Shown here piece after piece: positions 1 through 9,463 of a DNA stretch of 64,000 nt. Where the stretch lies: positions 22,853 through 86,852 of the forward strand of contig JBLGBK010000003.1 of assembly GCA_047617785.1 (NCBI GenBank), in the 5' to 3' direction. Numbering within the stretch: position 1 is the first letter of the stretch; every line of letters starts with the position of its first letter. Source of the DNA: Colwellia polaris (GTDB lineage: Archaea > Nanohalarchaeota > Nanosalinia > Nanosalinales > Nanosalinaceae). The notes below the pieces were generated by a model, which did no database searches, was not told where the DNA came from, and saw nothing but the letters and a program-made list of their open reading frames with translations. The translations under genes and the position numbers were made by a program.

Positions 1-213
1 AGAACCGCTATCAAAGCTGCTTTCTTCAATGCTACCTCCCTCTCTATCCAAGTTACCTTTACTTATCCTGTCATTATTGTTATTTACGGCGGCAGGGTTG
101 TTAGCAGTTGAGGGCTGTTTATTTGAACTGTCTCCGTGTCCTTGTATGAGGTTTTTGATTTCCTCCATGTTTTCTCTTAGTTTCTCCTTGTCTTCTGATC
201 CAACGTTGAACAT
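1..213 (-). CDS. Hypothetical protein, 5' part only (runs off window start)
   Basis: Own translation from ATG at 213: MFNVGSEDKEKLRENMEEIKNLIQGHGDSSNKQPST..., open to position 1; acidic and low-complexity like other real genes here; not in ORF track. Confidence 0.7.
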   Translation of the reverse strand, partial: MFNVGSEDKEKLRENMEEIKNLIQGHGDSSNKQPSTANNPAAVNNNNDRISKGNLDREGGSIEESSFDSGS

Positions 214-288
214 GGCTAATTCTAATTTACAATATGGTGCTGCCTCGGTTTAAAACATGCAGGTTACAAAAGAAGGAAACTGTCTATA

Positions 289-828
289 TCATTTGATTCG
301 CTCTATATGTTCTCCTGTCTTCTCGATAAAACTATTGATCCGGCTATCATAACTTTCATCAAGAAGTTCTCCGTTCTCACTCACAGTTTTACTTAGATTG
401 GATATAGATAGGCTAGGTCCTGGATGAGCGTTTACGGCTAAGGTGATGTCGTGCAGATGTGATTGAGCTCTTACGCCTCCAAAACCACCTTCAGAAGTAG
501 TTACGTAGCTAAAAGCCTTTTCCTCGTACTCAGGGTAGAAATGGTCCAGTATATTCTTCATTTCGCCGGGAATACTGTGGTTGTACTCTGGAGTGACTGG
601 TATTATGCAGTTAGAGTTCTCTATAAGCTGGCCAAGAAGCTCAACGTTTTCTCCGGGGTTATCAGCATGGTGTCGTCTCTTGTTCAAGAAAGGGAGAGGA
701 TTAGTTTTAGGGTCGAATACACTAACCTTGTACCCTTCATCCAGGAATCTGTCCTCTATAAGGTCTGCAGCACGGATGGTCTTGCGACCTTCCCTGCTTG
801 TACCTATTATGAGAAGAATATTCTTCAT
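289..828 (-). CDS. NADPH-dependent FMN reductase (flavodoxin-like)
   Basis: IGTSREGR, VTPEYNHSIPG.MKN.LD and GGFGGVRAQ motifs. Confidence 0.9.
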   Translation of the reverse strand: MKNILLIIGTSREGRKTIRAADLIEDRFLDEGYKVSVFDPKTNPLPFLNKRRHHADNPGENVELLGQLIENSNCIIPVTPEYNHSIPGEMKNILDHFYPEYEEKAFSYVTTSEGGFGGVRAQSHLHDITLAVNAHPGPSLSISNLSKTVSENGELLDESYDSRINSFIEKTGEHIERIK

Positions 829-1433
829 TCTTCCTCTTCTTCAGGTTCTGGATTCTCCTTGAAGAAGTCAAGTTCATAGTCGAACTCTTCGCCTTTCTGT
901 TCTGCCATCTGCTGAGATAGTAGGTAGAAAACTGTCGAAAGGCTGTTTTCTCCTTTATTGTTAGCAGGTATTACATAGTCGACGTTTTCTAGGCTGCTTT
1001 CGCTGTCTGCAATTCCAATTACGGGAATATTAGATTCATGTGCTTCCTTGATCGCCTGACTGTCTTCTTCAGGGTCGCATGCGACTAGTACTTCTGGTTC
1101 CTGGAACTCTACGCTTTCAGGGTTAGTTAGTGTTCCTGGCATGAACCGTCCAATAATCTTGGAAGCTCCTGTGACTTCTGTGAATCTGTCAATGGGATAA
1201 TGTGCTTCATCTTTTCTTCCAACTACAAGTATTTCCTCTACAGGAATGTCTGCAAGGTATTCTGCAAGTTCTCTTATTTTTTCGTCTGTCTGCTGTACAT
1301 CTAGTACTGCAAGTTGATTCTTCTTTACGTGGAAGATATACGGTTCCATGTCTTTAGTTTGGCTTCTGGTGCCGATATGTACGCCGTTAGCCAGGTACTC
1401 GTCCCGGTCGATCAAGAGTTCTTCTTCGCTCAT
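825..1433 (-). CDS. rps2: 30S ribosomal protein uS2
   Basis: YLANGVHIGT, GRFMPGTLTNP, IPANNKG motifs. Confidence 0.97.
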   Translation of the reverse strand: MSEEELLIDRDEYLANGVHIGTRSQTKDMEPYIFHVKKNQLAVLDVQQTDEKIRELAEYLADIPVEEILVVGRKDEAHYPIDRFTEVTGASKIIGRFMPGTLTNPESVEFQEPEVLVACDPEEDSQAIKEAHESNIPVIGIADSESSLENVDYVIPANNKGENSLSTVFYLLSQQMAEQKGEEFDYELDFFKENPEPEEEEE

Positions 1434-1478
1434 AGAGTTGAAATTAGAGAAAAAAAGTTAAATAAGAGGTAGATACGG

Positions 1479-1670
1479 CTACTTAGAATCTGTTCTATTG
1501 TACAGATGACGGTAAAGTAAACCTCCAGACCAGATGATTCCAATTGTTAATGGAATTATGAATTGGACGCTCCCCGATAGACTAACTCTAGAGGTGGTTA
1601 AACTTGCTGTAAGTACTGCAACTACTCCTAGAGCGCTCTCAATAAAAATTTGTCTATTTCTATCGTCCAT
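1479..1670 (-). CDS. Small hypothetical membrane protein (2 predicted TM segments)
   Basis: 63 aa, two hydrophobic stretches, co-oriented between enolase and rps2. Confidence 0.6.
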   Translation of the reverse strand: MDDRNRQIFIESALGVVAVLTASLTTSRVSLSGSVQFIIPLTIGIIWSGGLLYRHLYNRTDSK

Positions 1671-1673
1671 AGA

Positions 1674-2795
1674 TTAGAAGCTGTTCATCTCGGGTTCTTC
1701 GATTTTATCCCATAGCTTGATCAACCTGTTTAACTTAGCGATCCGAATGTCGGCTATACCTGCCTTGATTATTGGGCATTTCCATTCAAGTGCCAGATCT
1801 GAAATAGTGTAATCGCAGGTTTCACCGCTTCTATGGGATATGACTGGCGTGTAATCTTCCTCTTTTGCTAGGTCGACTGTTTTCTTCGCCTGTGTGACCG
1901 TTCCGATCTGGTTGGGTTTCACGATCAACGAGTTGCATGCGCCAGTCTCTATGCCCTCGCGTAGCCGCGTCTTGTTGGTTGTAAACAGGTCGTCGCCGCA
2001 TATAAGCACGTCAGGATTTGCTCTAGCAAGCTGTGCATGGTTCCGGAAATCTTCCTGATCGAAGGGGTCTTCTACGTAGATTAATTCAAACTCGTTTATC
2101 AGTTTCTGAATGAACTTTCTGTGTTCCTCTGGTGTCATAACCTGGTTAACAGAGTCAAGATGGTACTTGCCATCCTCATATAGTTCGCCTGCTGCAACGT
2201 CAAGACCTATCCGTGCATCATGACGGTCAGCAACCTTCTTCAATACTTTCAGAGTCTGTTCATCATCCATAGACGTGATCAGTGCGCCCTCATCATTCAT
2301 TCCTTTGATCTTATGTGAATAGTTATCTTTCAGATCCTGATAGATTGCGGTATTTGTTTTGATGGCTTCCGGAAAGCTTTCTGCGTTTACAGGTAGTACA
2401 AGAAATTCCTGGATGCTTGTATTTCCACCGTGCTCGCCTCCACCAATTATGTTGCTTAGAGGTAGAGGGAACTCTTTTCCGTGATCAAATCCGGATGCGT
2501 TCTTGAATGCGAAGCTTGATGCAATTGCTGTGGCTCCGAGACGTGAGAAATTGTTTGTATCATCTAGTGTCTTCAGTTTATCGTCGAATTCTTTCTGTGT
2601 GAGGTCGCTGCCTTCTAGGTTTTTGATCAAGCTGGTTATTTCGTCTAGGTTTTCTGGTACGAAACATTTGGCTTCGTGTGTTCCTGTGGATGCTCCGGAA
2701 GGTGCTTTTCCGCTGTGGCTGTTTATCTCAGTCTCTACTGTTGGTTTTGTACGCGAATCAATTATCTCCCTGATCTCCAGGTTTCGTATCTTCAT
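1674..2795 (-). CDS. eno: Enolase (compact, 373 aa)
   Basis: REIIDSR, APSGASTG.HEA, EDPF, GDDLF.TN, KPNQIG, SHRSGET motifs. Confidence 0.93.
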   Translation of the reverse strand: MKIRNLEIREIIDSRTKPTVETEINSHSGKAPSGASTGTHEAKCFVPENLDEITSLIKNLEGSDLTQKEFDDKLKTLDDTNNFSRLGATAIASSFAFKNASGFDHGKEFPLPLSNIIGGGEHGGNTSIQEFLVLPVNAESFPEAIKTNTAIYQDLKDNYSHKIKGMNDEGALITSMDDEQTLKVLKKVADRHDARIGLDVAAGELYEDGKYHLDSVNQVMTPEEHRKFIQKLINEFELIYVEDPFDQEDFRNHAQLARANPDVLICGDDLFTTNKTRLREGIETGACNSLIVKPNQIGTVTQAKKTVDLAKEEDYTPVISHRSGETCDYTISDLALEWKCPIIKAGIADIRIAKLNRLIKLWDKIEEPEMNSF

Positions 2796-2926
2796 ATAAT
2801 GAAAAACTGTATTACCTTGATATTAAGTCTAACCCTTATCTACTAGGAAATAATCAGGTTTGATAGAATAAGCTGTCAGAAAGTAGTTGTAGAAATTAGA
2901 AAAAGAGAGGTGTAAAAGCTGGTTTT

Positions 2927-3091
2927 TCAGCTCTTTACTGTAATCGGTAGCTTGCCTTCATTAAGTTCTTTCTTTGCGATATCAAGAGGCTGTGCTCCGC
3001 TGTCATAATCAACGAATGGTGGAGCGCCCATTGCTATCTGAAGGCTTCTTGCACCGAGGATTCTTGCTTTCTCGTAACGTGTGTAACTCAT
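2927..3091 (-). CDS. rpoK: DNA-directed RNA polymerase subunit K (Rpo6)
   Basis: Own translation, 54 aa, below ORF-track cutoff: MSYTRYEKARILGARSLQIAMGAPP...ELNEGKLPITVKS; conserved rpoK-eno-rps2 order. Confidence 0.96.
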   Translation of the reverse strand: MSYTRYEKARILGARSLQIAMGAPPFVDYDSGAQPLDIAKKELNEGKLPITVKS

Positions 3092-3098
3092 AGTATTT

Positions 3099-3869
3099 TT
3101 ACCCTATGTAGCCTAGATCGTTTCCAGACTGTTGCTGGTCTTGGTCCGGGCTCTGCTGATTTTTCATGTTTTGAAGTTTTTTAAGTACTTCCTGTGATTC
3201 TTCGACTTTATCGTCAAGCTCGCTGTAGTCAAGATCTACATTCATGATGCTTTCGACTACCTTCAGAACTGCTTCTGTACTCTTTGGATCGCTTAGCAGG
3301 AAGCCAGGTGTCTCTCCCAGAAGACAAATTCCAGGAATTTCTTTATCCTGTGCTTGACCAAGTAGTAGGCCTGAAACGCCTACAATCTGATCTACATCAT
3401 GCTCAAACTGGATGCCGTTATCTGAATAGTCTTCCTTGAGATCTTCTGTTGTAACTGCTCCAAATACGTCAGGATCTTCTACTACATCTCCTGTACCGTA
3501 TCCTCCGATGGTCAGCACTCGAGAGATATCATTTTCTTCCGCGAACTTGATTAGTTTTCGTGCTACTTCGTGATGTCCTTCTGGAGTCTGTGCCTGTGCA
3601 TTTCCTTCAACGAGGATGTAGTCGCCGTTATCGGTGTGTAGCTGGTATATGCTGTTCTTTATTTTTTCAATTGTCTTGTCATCTTTTACTATTGTGTAAG
3701 GAGGGAAGTGGTCGCTCTGCAGTTCTCCAATTTTCTCTGCGTCTAGGTGTTCTGCTAGGTAGCTTACTACGTTTCTTCCGATGTGACCTATTCCTGCTAG
3801 GCCTTCTACTAGTGTAGGGTTTTCGACATCAGGTTGTTTTTCTAGGTTAAGTGTTGTAGTGGTTGTCAT
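3099..3869 (-). CDS. Proteasome assembly chaperone PAC2 family protein
   Basis: LVEGLAGIGHIG, IVGVSGLLLG, CLLGET...DPKS motifs; usual position after nop10. Confidence 0.9.
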   Translation of the reverse strand: MTTTTTLNLEKQPDVENPTLVEGLAGIGHIGRNVVSYLAEHLDAEKIGELQSDHFPPYTIVKDDKTIEKIKNSIYQLHTDNGDYILVEGNAQAQTPEGHHEVARKLIKFAEENDISRVLTIGGYGTGDVVEDPDVFGAVTTEDLKEDYSDNGIQFEHDVDQIVGVSGLLLGQAQDKEIPGICLLGETPGFLLSDPKSTEAVLKVVESIMNVDLDYSELDDKVEESQEVLKKLQNMKNQQSPDQDQQQSGNDLGYIG

Positions 3870-3872
3870 TGA

Positions 3873-4013
3873 TTAACTCCTCTTGGTCTTTCTACGGTAT
3901 TTGCCATAATGATCTGGGTAAGAAAATTTAGGCGGTCTGCTTGTCTCTGTCTCTTCACCGCAGTGTTCCTTCTTCATTGTGTACGAATTACATTCCACGC
4001 ATTTTTTAATCAC
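3873..4013 (-). CDS. nop10: H/ACA RNP protein Nop10
   Basis: Own translation from GTG, 46 aa: MIKKCVECNSYTMKKEHCGEETETSRPPKFSYPDHYGKYRRKTKRS; PPKFS..D.YGKYRR signature; lies between aIF2alpha and PAC2. Confidence 0.93.
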   Translation of the reverse strand: MIKKCVECNSYTMKKEHCGEETETSRPPKFSYPDHYGKYRRKTKRS

Positions 4014-4073
4014 GGGTGGGTTTCACGCTCCTAGAGGGGTAAAAAATGCACTCGGCGATTCTAATCAAGTCCA

Positions 4074-4832
4074 TTATGCGCGTGAGAACTCGAATTTGCC
4101 GTCAAGTTCCTGGGTTTTTTCTCTGACTTGTTCGATTGTTTTGTCCATTTTCTCCTTTGCTAATTCTTTGGTTCGTCCCCAAGTTGTGATAGCGTAGTTT
4201 GGTGCTGATACGTACTTTATCTCAACTCCGTCCATATCGTTTACAAGTGCTTCCTGAATTCTTTCTAGCCCGTTACCTTGGTAGAAATTAAGCTCTACTT
4301 CTCCTTCAAGCTTCTCTTTCTTCAGGTCGATGTTGTTCTCTGCTACCTTCTGGATGGCGTCTACAACTTCTTCATCAAATAAATCTTCCAGTTGGTCTTC
4401 TTTTCCTACTGATATTTCGAATCCGTGGAAGCTGGATCCAAACTCTTCCTGCATAGGGAATGCGATTTCTTCAATAGCTTCCTCTAGATCCATGCCCAGT
4501 TCTTCAGCTACTTCTTCAATAAATTCTTCCGCTTTCTGTTCCTTGTTCCATCGGCTCATTGCCTCTCGCTTCTGTTTATCGTTTACGCGTTTGATTGAGA
4601 GGCTGATATTATTCTCGTCTTCTGCTTCAACTACTTGTGCTACTGTTTTCTCTCCTTCGCTTAGTTCTTTGTTTATGTCCTGTACCCAGGATCTAGAAAC
4701 TTCAGAAATATGGATTAAACCGCTTAGATCCTCATATTCGTCCAGTTCTGCATATGCTGAGTTCTGGTCGATGTCTGTAAGGGTTATTACAACGAAATCT
4801 CCTTCATCCGGTATGTCTTTGTACCATTTCAT
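4074..4832 (-). CDS. eif2a: Translation initiation factor aIF-2 alpha
   Basis: S1 domain with GLIHISEVS, ISLSIKRV, and YVSAPNY C-terminal motif. Confidence 0.95.
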   Translation of the reverse strand: MKWYKDIPDEGDFVVITLTDIDQNSAYAELDEYEDLSGLIHISEVSRSWVQDINKELSEGEKTVAQVVEAEDENNISLSIKRVNDKQKREAMSRWNKEQKAEEFIEEVAEELGMDLEEAIEEIAFPMQEEFGSSFHGFEISVGKEDQLEDLFDEEVVDAIQKVAENNIDLKKEKLEGEVELNFYQGNGLERIQEALVNDMDGVEIKYVSAPNYAITTWGRTKELAKEKMDKTIEQVREKTQELDGKFEFSRA

Positions 4833-4884
4833 ATTCTTAGCTTTACCTCGATAAAAAATAGGGATTTATGTGTTTTTTAACCCG

Positions 4885-5058
4885 TTATTCCGGACTCAGT
4901 GTCTCCACTACGTTACCGTTGAGTTCAGGCTTTCCGCCCTTTGGGTCTGCGATGACTGTGCTGCATACCAGGCATTGTACTTCAGATGCTGCTCTTGAGA
5001 AGATTGTCTGCTGGTTGCCGCATTCTTCGCATTCTACTCTTAGAAAGTCTTGTGCCAT
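4885..5058 (-). CDS. rps27e: 30S ribosomal protein eS27
   Basis: Own translation, 57 aa: MAQDFLRVECEECGNQQTIFSRAASEVQCLVCSTVIADPKGGK...; lies between L44e and aIF2alpha. Confidence 0.96.
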   Translation of the reverse strand: MAQDFLRVECEECGNQQTIFSRAASEVQCLVCSTVIADPKGGKPELNGNVVETLSPE

Positions 5059-5066
5059 TACTTAAT

Positions 5067-5369
5067 TCACCTCTCAATCTCGAACTTTGCTGCTCTAATA
5101 GCATTCTTAGGTTTGTTTGACTTTCCGCATTCCTGACACTGGAACTGAAGATCTCTCTTCTTGGATGTCGGGTTCTTTCCTCCACGGCTTCTGATTGCCG
5201 GATTCTCGTATGGGAACGAACCGTATCCGTGGTCAATCTTTCGTTGTCTCTTCCGGAACTTCTTTCTCATCTTTCCGTCAGGTCTTCCAGTTACTTCTTT
5301 CACTGTTTGAGTTGTATGTTGGTCACAGTGAGGGCAGTACCTTTTCTGCTCTTTTGGAATCTTAACCAT
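5067..5369 (-). CDS. rpl44e: 50S ribosomal protein eL42 (L44e)
   Basis: MVKIPK...YCPHCDQHT...KK.DL.FQCQECGK; start moved to ATG at 5369. Confidence 0.95.
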   Translation of the reverse strand: MVKIPKEQKRYCPHCDQHTTQTVKEVTGRPDGKMRKKFRKRQRKIDHGYGSFPYENPAIRSRGGKNPTSKKRDLQFQCQECGKSNKPKNAIRAAKFEIER

Positions 5370-5401
5370 ACAAGACAAGTATAGAATAAAACTTTAAAAG
5401 G

Positions 5402-6043
5402 TCACTTATTCGAGGGTTCGATTTCTGTGCCTTCAGCCTGTTCAGGGTCAACAATATTCTCGTTAGTCGCGTAGAAAACTTTGGTCGAGATATTTGATCT
5501 CTCAATCAGCCGGATCGCAGCCTCATCTACAACCGAGTAAGTTCCTGGCTCATTTCGTCCTCCAGCCAGTTCAAGAAGTTTGTCCGTAGTGATGGAATCA
5601 AACTTCTTAGCGCTGTCGTCCTTCTCTGGATCAGCTGAGTAGATGCCATCAACGCGTGTAGCGATATACAGTTCGGCATCAAGAAGCTCCGCTACTGTTG
5701 CAGCAACAGCATCGGTCGAATAACCGGGCACAAGTCCGCCGGTTACAACATTTTTTCCTGTCGAAGCTGCTTTCTGAACTTCTTCAGGTTTCTCAGGAAC
5801 TTCAGGGTAGGTGTTGTCTATCTCGGTGATAAGTGTCTGTGCATGTAGACGTGTGGCTTTGATCCCGATAAGATCTTTTTCCCCTTTATTACCTTCTACA
5901 GCTTTCTGATATTTGCTTAGTCCTCCTGCGCCGGTTACAACTACTATCTGTTCGCTGTTCTGGTTGATTGATTCGGCAAATTCTCCGATTTCGTCTAGTT
6001 TGTTTCTGATTATTGATCCGCTGACTGCAAATACTTTTGTCAT
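5402..6043 (-). CDS. pyrH: Uridylate kinase
   Basis: DLIGIKATRLHA, GG..PGYSTDAVAA, T.VDGIYSADP motifs. Confidence 0.92.
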   Translation of the reverse strand: MTKVFAVSGSIIRNKLDEIGEFAESINQNSEQIVVVTGAGGLSKYQKAVEGNKGEKDLIGIKATRLHAQTLITEIDNTYPEVPEKPEEVQKAASTGKNVVTGGLVPGYSTDAVAATVAELLDAELYIATRVDGIYSADPEKDDSAKKFDSITTDKLLELAGGRNEPGTYSVVDEAAIRLIERSNISTKVFYATNENIVDPEQAEGTEIEPSNK

Positions 6044-6711
6044 TCTACTACCTCTGCGTTTCCACGGTTTACAAGTATTTCGGCGTTCTCCTCGGGTATC
6101 GCTGCTTTCTCGCCTTCATCAAATGGTCCATATGGTTCTAAGTCTGTGCCCATGAATTCTGGGACCTCAGAAGTTATCTTTACTTTCTCATAACCGTCTT
6201 CTACTTCCTCTTCTGAAGTTTTCTCTTCTTCCTCTTTCTCTGTCTCATTTTCTATTCTCTCAGGTTCTCCGCTTGGTTCGGCTATTTCTTCCTCTGAGCT
6301 GCTTTCCGTATTCGTTTCTTCAGCAGTGGTTGTTTCTTGTACTTCTGTATCAACTTTCTGGACGGATGTTGTGTCTATACGGTCTTCTATGCGTCCTCTG
6401 TGCTGTTTGAACTCTTTCTTTATCTCGCGGAAAAGTTCTTGTTCGCTTGGTAGAAGATTGAGATTGCCTGCGTTCAGATCTGTTTTTACTGCGATCTGTG
6501 CTTGTCTGTATATTTTTTTCTCTCTGAGAGATATTATTTTGTCGAATACACGTTTGGCGTTATTGTATTCTCTTTGTTCGCCTAGTTCTTCTTTGTTAGA
6601 AAGGTATTCGGATACTTGTCGGAAGAAGTTATCATCCAGTTCGGTTAGTTCTTCCTGGCGTTTCTCGGATTTCTGTACTTTCCGGAGTTCGCTGAATGTC
6701 AGTGGATCCAT
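6040..6711 (-). CDS. DNA replication complex GINS subunit (Gins15/51 type)
   Basis: ELTELDDNFF N-domain, acidic linker, VPEFMGTDLEPYGPF...P.ENAEILV B-domain; follows primase. Confidence 0.9.
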   Translation of the reverse strand: MDPLTFSELRKVQKSEKRQEELTELDDNFFRQVSEYLSNKEELGEQREYNNAKRVFDKIISLREKKIYRQAQIAVKTDLNAGNLNLLPSEQELFREIKKEFKQHRGRIEDRIDTTSVQKVDTEVQETTTAEETNTESSSEEEIAEPSGEPERIENETEKEEEEKTSEEEVEDGYEKVKITSEVPEFMGTDLEPYGPFDEGEKAAIPEENAEILVNRGNAEVVE

Positions 6712-6748
6712 TTTCTATAGAAATAGTCACAGTGTAAACTTTTTTACC

Positions 6749-8146
6749 TTACTCAATCTTCCGAACTTTCTTATCCTCGTCATTATTACAGCTACGAACA
6801 TGTTTCTTATACCACTGATTCTCATCGGAATACTCTTTACCGCAATAAGGACACTGAACACTGTTATCGCTGCCTTTATCGCTATTTGAGTCATCTCCGC
6901 CGCGATTGGCTTTCCGGAATGCGTAGCTTACAGGGTTGGGAACTTTTTCCTCAAGGTTGTCGCCTTCGTATACTTGCATATCTTTGTAGTAACCTTTGGA
7001 ATCATAGTTTGGAGGTGGAACTGTTTCACCACGCTTCTTATGCCAGTTTAACTGTCCTTTCACGTAGCTTTCACGTAGCTCTTCCTTATTCTCTTCGTTC
7101 CATTTCCATATTTTGGATTCGACCTCTTCCCAGGAGTAACCTATTGTTCGGAAGAAGTTGATCAGTATGAATAATGCGCGTTTCCTACCATCTTCTAAAC
7201 CTTCAAGTATATTGTTTATTGTCGGAGGGAAGTATTTTTCAGGAATGGCCTCTTCAGGTCGGTCAAAGTCCTTCTCCTCATTCTTAATCCGTTTTTCATG
7301 CTTTTCTTGCCGTCTTTCCTCTATAAAGTCTAAGGCTTGGACAACTAGGTTCCGTGCTTCGTCTTCCTCATAGCTGTCGAGGAATCCTGATTCGAAGTCG
7401 ATGTTATCGATTTTTGCGTCTTCCTTTTCGAAATTTGGTATTTCTTCGATCTTGATTGGTTTGGATACTAACCAGCTCTTATCGTTGATAGAATAAGGCA
7501 TTCTGAAGAGATGTCTTTGTCCCCAATCGTTCTCCACGTCAGCTACTTGGAAGGGGTCAACGCCGTCGTCAGTCTGTATTTCTTCTTCAAATCCGTACTC
7601 CTTTACGAGCTTTTCTACCTCGTCTCGTATGTTTTCGCGTATGTAGTCGATTATTCCTCGTGGAAGTTCCGGATAGTGGTCGGCTAGTTCTGTTTCCTCT
7701 GCTTCTTCAGGAAAGGCCTCCTGTCTTACGCCGATGTGGAAGCCTCGATTTCCTGAGAATTTTACTGAGATATGGTCTATGCCGTGATGCTGTATTTCCT
7801 GTATTACGAGCTGTGCTACTTCCTTGGATAGTTCAAAGCTGTGATCGCAGTCGATATCGATTACTAGGTCCCAGCCGGTTCTGAGGTCGTTCAGGTTGCT
7901 GACTTTATCGATTAGAAGAGGGTTTCTCCAGTGTTCAACTGATGCATGGAATGCTATTGCACCATCTTCAACAAGCTGTGTGAAGTCGCCTGGAAAGTTG
8001 ATTGCATCAGGGCGTTTTCCGTAACCCTGCGGGTATGTAGGAGCAATTTCTCGGTACTGGCAGAGTTCTACTATCTTTTCTACAAGCTCTTCCTGCTGGT
8101 AGTACTGCCTTATTTTCCAGTCTTGTGGTTTCTCCTGTTCCCCCAT
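6749..8146 (-). CDS. Fused DNA primase PriS-PriL (DPANN type)
   Basis: PriS motifs WDLVIDID, FSGNRGFHI, RHLFRMPYSIN followed by PriL-like FPP.I..IL.GL.DGRKR; C-terminal CPYC...H...C. Confidence 0.92.
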   Translation of the reverse strand: MGEQEKPQDWKIRQYYQQEELVEKIVELCQYREIAPTYPQGYGKRPDAINFPGDFTQLVEDGAIAFHASVEHWRNPLLIDKVSNLNDLRTGWDLVIDIDCDHSFELSKEVAQLVIQEIQHHGIDHISVKFSGNRGFHIGVRQEAFPEEAEETELADHYPELPRGIIDYIRENIRDEVEKLVKEYGFEEEIQTDDGVDPFQVADVENDWGQRHLFRMPYSINDKSWLVSKPIKIEEIPNFEKEDAKIDNIDFESGFLDSYEEDEARNLVVQALDFIEERRQEKHEKRIKNEEKDFDRPEEAIPEKYFPPTINNILEGLEDGRKRALFILINFFRTIGYSWEEVESKIWKWNEENKEELRESYVKGQLNWHKKRGETVPPPNYDSKGYYKDMQVYEGDNLEEKVPNPVSYAFRKANRGGDDSNSDKGSDNSVQCPYCGKEYSDENQWYKKHVRSCNNDEDKKVRKIE

Positions 8147-8278
8147 CTGTTTAATTCACTTTAATTTGTGAAAAGGTAAAAAGCCGTTTGATACACTTGG
8201 TTTTTTCTGCTGCACGTATTGGCCGCTGATGCCGTAGAAAGCAGTAAATTAAAGGTAAAGAAAGGTTGAGAAGGAAGT

Positions 8279-9031
8279 TTAATCTTCCTCGATTCTTGGT
8301 GCGAGAACAAAGCTTAGATTGGCTTCGTCAGGGATAACGAATTCAAGTCGCATTGGGAAGTCCTGTCCTAGTTTCATTGTTACCTGTTTGGACAGTTTCT
8401 TTCCACCAATCATCTTGGATAGGTAGTCTAGGCTGAACATGGATTTGGCTTCTCCGCCTTCTAGTTCAAGTACTCCTGGTGAGTCGCCGGTGATTGTGAA
8501 TGATGCGTCGCTCTGATCGCCTTCTGCGCTGATGTTGATTTTTTCGTCGTCTGCGGTTACTGTTACAGAGTCGGATACAACCATTGCGTCCTTGATGGCG
8601 CTTTCAAGCACTGATGTTTCCAGTTCTGCTTCGACTGTGAAGTCAAGTTGGTCTGTGCTTGGGATGTCGTCTTCGGAAAGGTTTAGTATTGGTAGTGAGA
8701 AGTTTCGTGTGGAAGAGCTTTCCATTGTGATGTGGAACTTTGAGTTTTCTTCATCAAGTTCGAAGGTTAGTGTGTCGTCGCTGTTTGCTCTTCTGAGGAT
8801 TGAGTAGAAGTTTTCTAGGTTTAGCCCGACTTTGGTTTCTTCGTCAAGTTCGTAGCTGTCGAATACGTCTTTTTCTATTTTGAAGTCGACTAGTCCGACC
8901 ATTGCTGGATCTGCTGCGACTAGTTTGATTCCGTCTTCCTGCAGCTGGAAAAGTCCTTCGCTGATCAGGTCGGATACGGTTTTCATGGAGTCTTTGATGA
9001 GGCTTACTTCTTCTATTTCTGCTTTGAACAC
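8279..9031 (-). CDS. pcn: PCNA sliding clamp
   Basis: DPAMVGLVD, SMFSLDYL, FVLAPRIEE motifs; GTG at 9031 (MFKA) chosen because AGGTG lies just upstream. Confidence 0.97.
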   Translation of the reverse strand: MFKAEIEEVSLIKDSMKTVSDLISEGLFQLQEDGIKLVAADPAMVGLVDFKIEKDVFDSYELDEETKVGLNLENFYSILRRANSDDTLTFELDEENSKFHITMESSSTRNFSLPILNLSEDDIPSTDQLDFTVEAELETSVLESAIKDAMVVSDSVTVTADDEKINISAEGDQSDASFTITGDSPGVLELEGGEAKSMFSLDYLSKMIGGKKLSKQVTMKLGQDFPMRLEFVIPDEANLSFVLAPRIEED

Positions 9032-9046
9032 TGAAAACACCTATTG

Positions 9047-9379
9047 TTATTGAGTAGTGTTAACAACTTTTTTAACTTTGTTGTGGAGTTCGGAGTCGAT
9101 GCTAGAGAAGTCCTGCACGATCTCTCCCTGTACTTCAAAGCTGTCAGGAGTTGGCAATACTCTACCAAGAACGCGGATCCGATCCTGTTCCTCAACATCA
9201 TCAAGTAGGTCTTCTTCTAGGAATACTTCTGTGCTTCCTGTTCCGTCGTCAAGTGTTAGTGAGTCTTCGGATTTGGAAAGTACTGTACCTACTATTCTTA
9301 CACGGATATCGGACTCAGGTGATATATCTTCGATGTCCCGTGGTTCGGCTGCAGCTCTTCTCTGTCTTTCTTCTGGCAT
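9047..9379 (-). CDS. Small OB-fold replication protein A subunit (RPA14/RPA3-like)
   Basis: VRIVGTV...LDDGTG...IRVLGRV single OB fold immediately upstream of PCNA. Confidence 0.8.
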   Translation of the reverse strand: MPEERQRRAAAEPRDIEDISPESDIRVRIVGTVLSKSEDSLTLDDGTGSTEVFLEEDLLDDVEEQDRIRVLGRVLPTPDSFEVQGEIVQDFSSIDSELHNKVKKVVNTTQ

Positions 9380-9463
9380 ACTCAGAAAAACTCATCTAAA
9401 TGTTTTAACTCTTCCCCGGATTTTCCGAAGTTTCAAATACCACCAGCTAGAAACTTTACCTAA

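Noticed and set aside
7061-7080. Direct repeat CACGTAGCT(TT)CACGTAGCT
   Set aside because: Short, two copies, inside primase coding sequence; likely chance
8194-8245. G-U-rich plus-strand hairpin between primase and PCNA
   Set aside because: Weak, many G-U pairs, no C/D or H/ACA boxes; insufficient support
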